This document shows positions 15,309 through 20,911 of a stretch of DNA of 20,911 nucleotides, one piece after another (the stretch's first letter is position 1; each line of letters starts with the position of its first letter). This stretch comes from Paramicrosporidium saccamoebae KSL3 (taxonomy: Eukaryota > Fungi > Cryptomycota): assembly GCA_002794465.1 (NCBI GenBank), contig MTSL01000141.1, positions 10,339-31,249 of the forward strand, written 5' to 3'. The notes under the pieces are model-generated. The model did not search any database, was not told the origin of the DNA, and was given only the letters and a program-made list of their open reading frames with translations. A program made the translations under genes and the position numbers.

Positions 15309-16754
15309 ATGGTCCTGACGAACCTTTCACAGTCGCATGTACAGCCACCGGCCCCCGTTCCAAACGCATCCAAGACGGAAACGACAGGCGTAGTTGTGCC
15401 AGTGTACTCGACGTGGTTTGAGTTTGGCACAGTACATGATATCGAGCGACGAACACTGCCCGAGTTCTTTGGCGAGGCGGACGATAAAACACCCGCCACA
15501 TACTTGGAATATCGCGACTTTATGGTACAAACGTACCGTCTGCGGCCTCACGACTATCTCACAATAACGACGTGTCGACGACACTTGACGGGGGATGTGG
15601 GTGCCATCGTCAGAGTGCATGCGTTCCTGGAGCAATGGGGACTGATAAACTTTCAGGCCGAGGTACCGGTAAAGCGGGAGCGACCGATGCCAACAGTGGC
15701 ACCACAGGTTGATGTGCTTAGTGCACTACATGGAGCAGTACAAACAGCGTCGCTGAGGACGAGTCTGGCCACTGCTTTGGACCGTACGGCAATGCCACCG
15801 GCACGCATTGTCTGTTCGCAGTGCAAGGTAGAATGTCCCCGTCTGTATTATACGCACACTATGGCCACGGGCGATGCTCTGAATCTGTGTGGACTATGTT
15901 ATGCAGAGGGAAAGTACCCCACGGGACTGCATTCCGGCGACTTTTCCAAACTCGATGTGGCCTCTTTGGAGCAGGGCATGCGTGTCCCATGGACTGACGA
16001 AGACATATTGACACTACTCTCAGCTATTGAGGAGTTTTCAAATGATTGGGACTCTGTGGCGCAAAAAGTCGGACGACCAAAGGATCAGTGTGTTTTCCAA
16101 TTCCTTAGACTTCCTGGGATCGAAACTATTGATGCTAAAACCACCGACGCAATAGGAGCTGAATTGGCCAAGACTACCCATGTGACCGGGAGCATCCCCT
16201 TTGCTACGGCAGCAAATCCCATCATGTCGACTTTGGCGTTTCTTGCATCTGCTGTGCATCCCAAGGTGGCTGCTGCAGCAGCTCAGGCGGCCCTTGCAGA
16301 GGTTGTTCAGATGAAATCTGAAGAGTCAGCTACTCCCGAACCGCCCACCTCCGAGTCATTGGCACAAGTATCCGCCGCTGGTCTGGCATGTGCCTCGGCC
16401 CGGTCTTCCGTCTTTGCTGATGAGGAATCTAAAAAGACTTGTCGTCTGCGCGACACTCTGGTTGATCTGCAGTTGCAGAAATTGCGAGTCAAGATGGCGC
16501 TGTTCGAAGACCTGGAACGGTCGTTGGACGAGGATCGCAAAGAGTTGGAGCAGCAGCGGTTGCAACTTTTCTTTGATCGCTTTAATTTGCGAAAACAAAT
16601 GATGGCTATTGAGAACAAGGCCGGTTTGGAAGTCATTTCTGATCGCATGGAAATTGATGGGGATGGCGAGACTGGGGAAAATGGAAAAACTGAAGAGAAT
16701 GGAGAGGTTAAAAGTGTCTTGCCACCTCCAGGCACTAATGTTACAAAATTATAA
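15309..16754 (+). CDS. SWI/SNF-RSC core subunit (Swi3/Rsc8/SMARCC family), 481 aa
   Basis: Domains in order: SWIRM (WFEFGTVHDIERRTLPEFF...RVHAFLEQWGLINFQ), ZZ finger (CSQCKVEC...LCGLCYAEG), SANT (WTDEDILTLLSAIEEFSNDWDSVAQKVG), PFATAANPIMSTLAFLAS, and a C-terminal coiled coil (LQLQKLRVKMALFEDLE). ATG 15309 is preferred because the listed start overlaps the UXS1 stop. The Swi3 versus Rsc8 paralog cannot be resolved by eye. Confidence 0.93.
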   Translation: MVLTNLSQSHVQPPAPVPNASKTETTGVVVPVYSTWFEFGTVHDIERRTLPEFFGEADDKTPATYLEYRDFMVQTYRLRPHDYLTITTCRRHLTGDVGAIVRVHAFLEQWGLINFQAEVPVKRERPMPTVAPQVDVLSALHGAVQTASLRTSLATALDRTAMPPARIVCSQCKVECPRLYYTHTMATGDALNLCGLCYAEGKYPTGLHSGDFSKLDVASLEQGMRVPWTDEDILTLLSAIEEFSNDWDSVAQKVGRPKDQCVFQFLRLPGIETIDAKTTDAIGAELAKTTHVTGSIPFATAANPIMSTLAFLASAVHPKVAAAAAQAALAEVVQMKSEESATPEPPTSESLAQVSAAGLACASARSSVFADEESKKTCRLRDTLVDLQLQKLRVKMALFEDLERSLDEDRKELEQQRLQLFFDRFNLRKQMMAIENKAGLEVISDRMEIDGDGETGENGKTEENGEVKSVLPPPGTNVTKL

Positions 16755-16865
16755 ACAACCGATTTCATGGCTGGGTTAGTGAGTGGCTGTATTGTCTTGA
16801 GAGCAAGCCAATAATGAGTGGCTGAAGCCCTTGTTCATAAAAGGCGTCTCTGCCGCAATTCCGCC

Positions 16866-18923
16866 ATGAATTCCGCCCCTCCGGCCTTTCCTACCGCTTC
16901 CGTCCCTCCCACTACTTCTGCACTAAAATGGACTGTATGCCGTAAAAATAACAAAAAGTGTCGCATCTCCACCCATCTCTCTCATGAGGCACATCTCAAG
17001 GTGCCGTCTGACCATATTGCGGCTTCGTCGGGACATTTCCACCTCTACGCCCAAAAATTCCAACGGGCCAATACCATCCCCACAGTGCACTTGGTGTTTC
17101 TGGCAGGCGGGCCGGGCGGTATCGGTCGGAGTTACGACGGTTTTATCGATCAATTACTACAACTGGACGGCAGATATGCCTGCTATACAGTGGATCATCG
17201 CGGCCTGGGTCGGTCGGGCTTAATCACCAACGATTCCTATCGAGAAATCGTCGACAGTCTCGACCACATTGTAAAACGTGCGCCCTTCCCCCTTCGCAGT
17301 CTGACCTTGACAAACTCGGCGCTGGATGTTGCACTTCTCGCTGACGCAATCAAGGAGCAGTCTGATTGGCGGAGCGGATCGCAAATTGCATTATATGGAT
17401 ATTCGTATGGCGCGCAGCTAGCACATCATATAGTAGAACTACGACCGAACCTATTTAACCAGGCATTTATTCTGGGTATTCCACCCCTAAAAAGTCTGAA
17501 AGTGGCGGCCAGTCATCAGGGGCCAGTGGAAATGTGCGAGCGTGACGCAGAGTGTCGACGTCTGATGGGGGGTGACGTGGCAAAACAGATTCGTCATGCA
17601 CTACTGAATATTTCCAAGCCAGAATACAATGAATGCACGCGAAAATTCTACTCCATCTGGTCTGCCCAACCTCATGCAAAGGACACACAGGGAGACATTA
17701 TGACGGCGCTGATCTGGCGAATGCGCTCCTTGATTATCAATAGAGCCCCTGGGTTGAATCGTGAAAGGAATCTACGAACTGTGCAGGTGGTCCTAGCAGC
17801 CATTAAGGCTACCAGCGACTGTGAACACCCAGAAAGCTACACCAAAGACGTACTCGTTCCATTACAGCCGTACATGGATGGTGTCGTGGCCATTAAGGAG
17901 AATGTCGGAAATGATGAAGAGAAGAATGAACGAAATGATGGGAGGGATGAGGGACAGAGTATTACGAAGAAAGTTATGGAAGGCGTTAAAGATGTTGCGA
18001 ATATTGCAAGCGTTGCAAACATTAGGACAGACGCAAAATTGGTTGATAACTCCCTTACTAATAGTCTCTCCAGACTGCAACCACAGCCTCCAGTTCAAAT
18101 TCAAAAAGTCGGTAATACTGGCTTGTTTGATAGGGAAAATGTTCCAAACTATGAAACATTGTGGGATCAGCCCTATGATGAGCAGTCAGAGGGACGATCA
18201 AACGAAATGGTCAACACTGTCGTCTTTATCGACAAGGATTACGATTTTGACACCCATCCACCTTCCCGGCTCCATTATCATGTTGATCTAACTCCGTCCG
18301 TTCTGTATCCCCCGACTTATCATGCCCGCTGGAAGTTTCTTCGACCTCATTTGACTGGAACCATCAAGTCGCAGCAGCGTCCCATCCATACATCCTACAC
18401 CCATTTGCACATGGCAAACGGTAGAATGGACATGATCACCACCTATGCCCCCGCCTATGCTCGATTTACTCAGGCCCAGGCTCCCGTGAAAAGTTGGATG
18501 TTGCTGGATCGACACGACCATGACGGTTTGTATAGTCCCTGTTTGTTTCTGTGGCTAAATGCCGCGGTGGAGAAACGCTCGATGGAAGAGGTAGAGGCCT
18601 GCGTCAAAGAGTCAAATGCCATCCGGCTGGACTGGTCGTTTCAGAGCTATCCGCAGTTTCAGACAATCTGGAAACAGGTCAAGTCTGCATCAAAGGTTCC
18701 CATTGAAGTATCTACCAGTTCAATACCGTCCTTTGTGCGTTCCTCAAATAGCCTAACTAGACAAACCACAAAAGGGTCGCCGGATTATCGCTTGCTGCTG
18801 GTCGGCGGGTCTATTGTATTATTCATGCTGGTCGGCCTTGCATGGTTCTTCCGAAAACGTCGCAGTCGCTCTTCCTCCGGTTCGCTTGCAAGTGCCGTGG
18901 CAGAAATTGTTGTTAATGCCTAA
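16866..18923 (+). CDS. Alpha/beta-hydrolase (S33/TAP-like peptidase or esterase) with C-terminal membrane anchor, about 685 aa
   Basis: Motifs FLAGGPGG, YTVDHRGLGRS, nucleophile elbow YGYSYG, candidate acid NGRMDMIT and candidate His DRHDHDG. TM LLLVGGSIVLFMLVGLAWFF is followed by RKRR. The start is uncertain: 16866 is the first ATG, and the listed ORF opens at GTG 16818. Confidence 0.8.
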   Translation: MNSAPPAFPTASVPPTTSALKWTVCRKNNKKCRISTHLSHEAHLKVPSDHIAASSGHFHLYAQKFQRANTIPTVHLVFLAGGPGGIGRSYDGFIDQLLQLDGRYACYTVDHRGLGRSGLITNDSYREIVDSLDHIVKRAPFPLRSLTLTNSALDVALLADAIKEQSDWRSGSQIALYGYSYGAQLAHHIVELRPNLFNQAFILGIPPLKSLKVAASHQGPVEMCERDAECRRLMGGDVAKQIRHALLNISKPEYNECTRKFYSIWSAQPHAKDTQGDIMTALIWRMRSLIINRAPGLNRERNLRTVQVVLAAIKATSDCEHPESYTKDVLVPLQPYMDGVVAIKENVGNDEEKNERNDGRDEGQSITKKVMEGVKDVANIASVANIRTDAKLVDNSLTNSLSRLQPQPPVQIQKVGNTGLFDRENVPNYETLWDQPYDEQSEGRSNEMVNTVVFIDKDYDFDTHPPSRLHYHVDLTPSVLYPPTYHARWKFLRPHLTGTIKSQQRPIHTSYTHLHMANGRMDMITTYAPAYARFTQAQAPVKSWMLLDRHDHDGLYSPCLFLWLNAAVEKRSMEEVEACVKESNAIRLDWSFQSYPQFQTIWKQVKSASKVPIEVSTSSIPSFVRSSNSLTRQTTKGSPDYRLLLVGGSIVLFMLVGLAWFFRKRRSRSSSGSLASAVAEIVVNA

Positions 18924-19083
18924 ATAGAGACCTCCCTGAAACGACCGGCAAATCCGTAGCAAAACATTTCACCGAAGAAGATTATTAATGATTGGTCGTT
19001 GTCCATCTCAAAGATCTAAGCATCATTTTGTTGAATAAAATGATCCCTGTACGTCTGCCCTTACTGAATTCATAGACGGTTGT

Positions 19084-20097
19084 ATGCGGGTGCTGCTGGC
19101 AAGGCTTGCGGAGCCACTAGGTCGCAAAGTCACCGCGCCACTGACAGAATCCTGTCAGAAACAGACAAAGGAGCTTTGTGACTTTGTCCAAAGATATTTT
19201 CGGGTAAGCAAGGTATACCGCAGTCCGTCCACAACATCGCTTATAGGCACGCCAGCCATAACAGTTGAGGGGCTTGCCGAGCACAAACCTCGTGTGAAAA
19301 TGGCAGAATTTCCAAATGACCCGCTCATCAATGGCGGTTTGCGGGACGGAGACGGTGAAACTCCAAGCGAGACGCTCGATTGCATCCTAAAAAATTTGAC
19401 AAAGATTACTCAAGTCCCAGACGATACGGGGATTCCGGTAGTAGTTGCTCGTGGGAATATCTTAACTCGGCTACTCGGCAGTCTAACCGGAAAAGCAATT
19501 GTACCATCCTATCCTGATCTGTACATGGTGACGTTTCACAAGGAGCAGGCAACCCGGGTCCAACGGATCTGGTCTGATTCTGGCCCACTGAAACCAAGTA
19601 ATCGACCCTCGGCACGAGCAATCCTTCTAAATCCAAAACGAGATGCCGTCTACATGTTTGAGCTTGTCGATCCTCACATGGTCACAAGTAGCATTATCGA
19701 ACACCGTTTATGGTTCACTCCCGGCGGTGGAATGGATCCCAATGAGGATCTATACACGGTCCTGGAAAGGGAACTTTGGGAAGAGTTGTCTCTTAAACCA
19801 ACCGAATTTCGAGTGTTGGGACACTTGTGGACAGGCCGAACGTCAATGATCTGGAAGGGTCTGCCTCATACATTTATAGACAATTATTTTTTGGTAGAGC
19901 TCACAAGCAATAAGAATACGTTTGGGCGTGGGAACTTGATGGAAGATGAGGTCGATGTACTTCGGTCGGGCCGATGGTGGCCTCTCGAGGAGTTGGCCAC
20001 TACCGAAGCAACAATTGTGCCTAGTCAATTGAGAGATCTTTGCAAGATGGACTTGTCAATCGCTCCTTGCCATTCTAATATCGGAGAGAGTGTCTAG
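19084..20097 (+). CDS. Fusion of a degenerate histidine-phosphatase (PGAM-like) domain and a Nudix hydrolase, 337 aa
   Basis: The C-terminal Nudix box GGMDPNEDLYTVLERELWEELSL (aa 215-237) fits GX5EX7REUXEEX(G>S)U, with RPSARAILL, WFTPGGG and RWWPLEEL also present. The N-terminal ~165 aa follow the His-phosphatase motif order (LARLAE, PLTESCQKQT, VYRSP, GLAE, GETPSE, VVVARGNI) without the catalytic histidines. Confidence 0.8.
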   Translation: MRVLLARLAEPLGRKVTAPLTESCQKQTKELCDFVQRYFRVSKVYRSPSTTSLIGTPAITVEGLAEHKPRVKMAEFPNDPLINGGLRDGDGETPSETLDCILKNLTKITQVPDDTGIPVVVARGNILTRLLGSLTGKAIVPSYPDLYMVTFHKEQATRVQRIWSDSGPLKPSNRPSARAILLNPKRDAVYMFELVDPHMVTSSIIEHRLWFTPGGGMDPNEDLYTVLERELWEELSLKPTEFRVLGHLWTGRTSMIWKGLPHTFIDNYFLVELTSNKNTFGRGNLMEDEVDVLRSGRWWPLEELATTEATIVPSQLRDLCKMDLSIAPCHSNIGESV

Positions 20098-20140
20098 TCG
20101 TTTGTCTATATGTGATAATTAAGGAATAATAATTTAATCC

Positions 20141-20899
20141 ATGTTTGTTGCTGCATCTCATTTAGAATTAGTTGCAACAGGGAAATACGCCGCCATTCCC
20201 AAGACTCCATCCTGCTTGCTTGCCATTCTAGAAGCAATCCCACACGGCGAGCCACCCGAACTTTACAAACACTTACTCCCCGACCCTCATGTGTATCAAT
20301 GCTGGTATCGGCGGCGCGCTTGCCAACTTGCTTCCACGGGCCACACGACTAATGCAATCAAGCTGTTGGAACTGTCTATTTCTGGAAGTAAACCATCGGG
20401 TTTAGAAACCCAACTATTGGACACACTGTATGATTATGAGCGGGTTGTATCTCTGTTGAGGATGGCTGATAGAGAAGAGGTGCTACAACAATTCACATTT
20501 GAATTGTTTTCAAGGGACAGATTGGAAGGGCTTTTCAAATTACTGGATGGCAAGATGTTACAGCAATTTAAGCAGGAATTGCTGTCATCAACTCTTACAA
20601 TCTTGCCAAATGAGATTTCTCTGCTTTCTAATTTTACTGGAGACGTGACTGTTTTGGGCGAGAGCCTTAGCAGTGAGCCATTCTCTGTGAGGGAGCAAAT
20701 AGCCAGCTTGCGACATGATCCTAAAAAGCACAAAAGGATTATCCAACGGGTCATGGAGCTTTTGGTAAAGAGGAGAAAAGCTGGGACCATTGATGTATCC
20801 ACCTGGATCCAAATACAAAACTACAAAGAACTCGCCGAGCTTGATGAATTGCCGGGATTGGAGGAATTTTGTTTCAAAGAGTTGGAAGAATATCCGTAA
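20141..20899 (+). CDS. Sec39/NBAS-like protein (Dsl1/NRZ tether); short, or continuing beyond the window
   Basis: LLAILEAIPHGEPPELYKHLLP...WYRRRACQL..TGHTTNAIKLLELSI resembles the conserved Sec39/NBAS segment LAIL.nfPet..P..Y..LLP...WY..RA..ie......AL.L..l. The TAA at 20897 lies inside a possible donor (gtaatc at 20896), 16 nt from the window end. Confidence 0.65.
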   Translation: MFVAASHLELVATGKYAAIPKTPSCLLAILEAIPHGEPPELYKHLLPDPHVYQCWYRRRACQLASTGHTTNAIKLLELSISGSKPSGLETQLLDTLYDYERVVSLLRMADREEVLQQFTFELFSRDRLEGLFKLLDGKMLQQFKQELLSSTLTILPNEISLLSNFTGDVTVLGESLSSEPFSVREQIASLRHDPKKHKRIIQRVMELLVKRRKAGTIDVSTWIQIQNYKELAELDELPGLEEFCFKELEEYP

Positions 20900-20911
20900 T
20901 CTAAAGGCTGT

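Noticed and set aside
16767-16818. 30-nt intron (gtattg...aatgag) linking ATG 16767 to the hydrolase frame
   Set aside because: The acceptor would be GAG, whereas all nine supported introns end YAG, and the product still lacks a signal peptide.

Overview
Very gene-dense eukaryotic nuclear DNA, not prokaryotic. It holds about 16 protein-coding genes separated by 31-683 bp, plus a possible degenerate gene tail at the left edge. Nine tiny GT-AG introns (28-34 nt) had to be reconstructed by hand, because the ORF track mis-starts or splits six genes. Gene order: gamma-tubulin complex GCP3/Spc98 (-), glutaminyl cyclase (+), epsilon-COP (+), Gep4-like PGP phosphatase (+), cyclin H (-), DUF1640/CCDC90 (+), Nog2 GTPase (+), SEL1-repeat protein (+), secreted orphan (-), ubiquilin/Dsk2 (-), a 683-bp ORF-free gap rich in hairpins, ZNHIT3/Hit1 (-), UXS1 (+), Swi3/Rsc8 (+), membrane-anchored alpha/beta hydrolase (+), a histidine-phosphatase-like/Nudix fusion (+), and a Sec39/NBAS-like gene (+) that may run off the window. 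The fungal/opisthokont-type proteins, retained mitochondrial genes, micro-introns and extreme compaction suggest a reduced early-diverging fungal relative such as a Rozellomycota/Cryptomycota endoparasite. That is inference, not a database result. The best leads are the catalytically eroded His-phosphatase/Nudix fusion, the hairpin cluster at 12794-13217 (candidate ncRNA), a secreted protein with a possible dead PP2C-like fold, the micro-intron system, and a 31-bp head-to-head promoter. All family calls come from motif recognition by eye; no searches were run.
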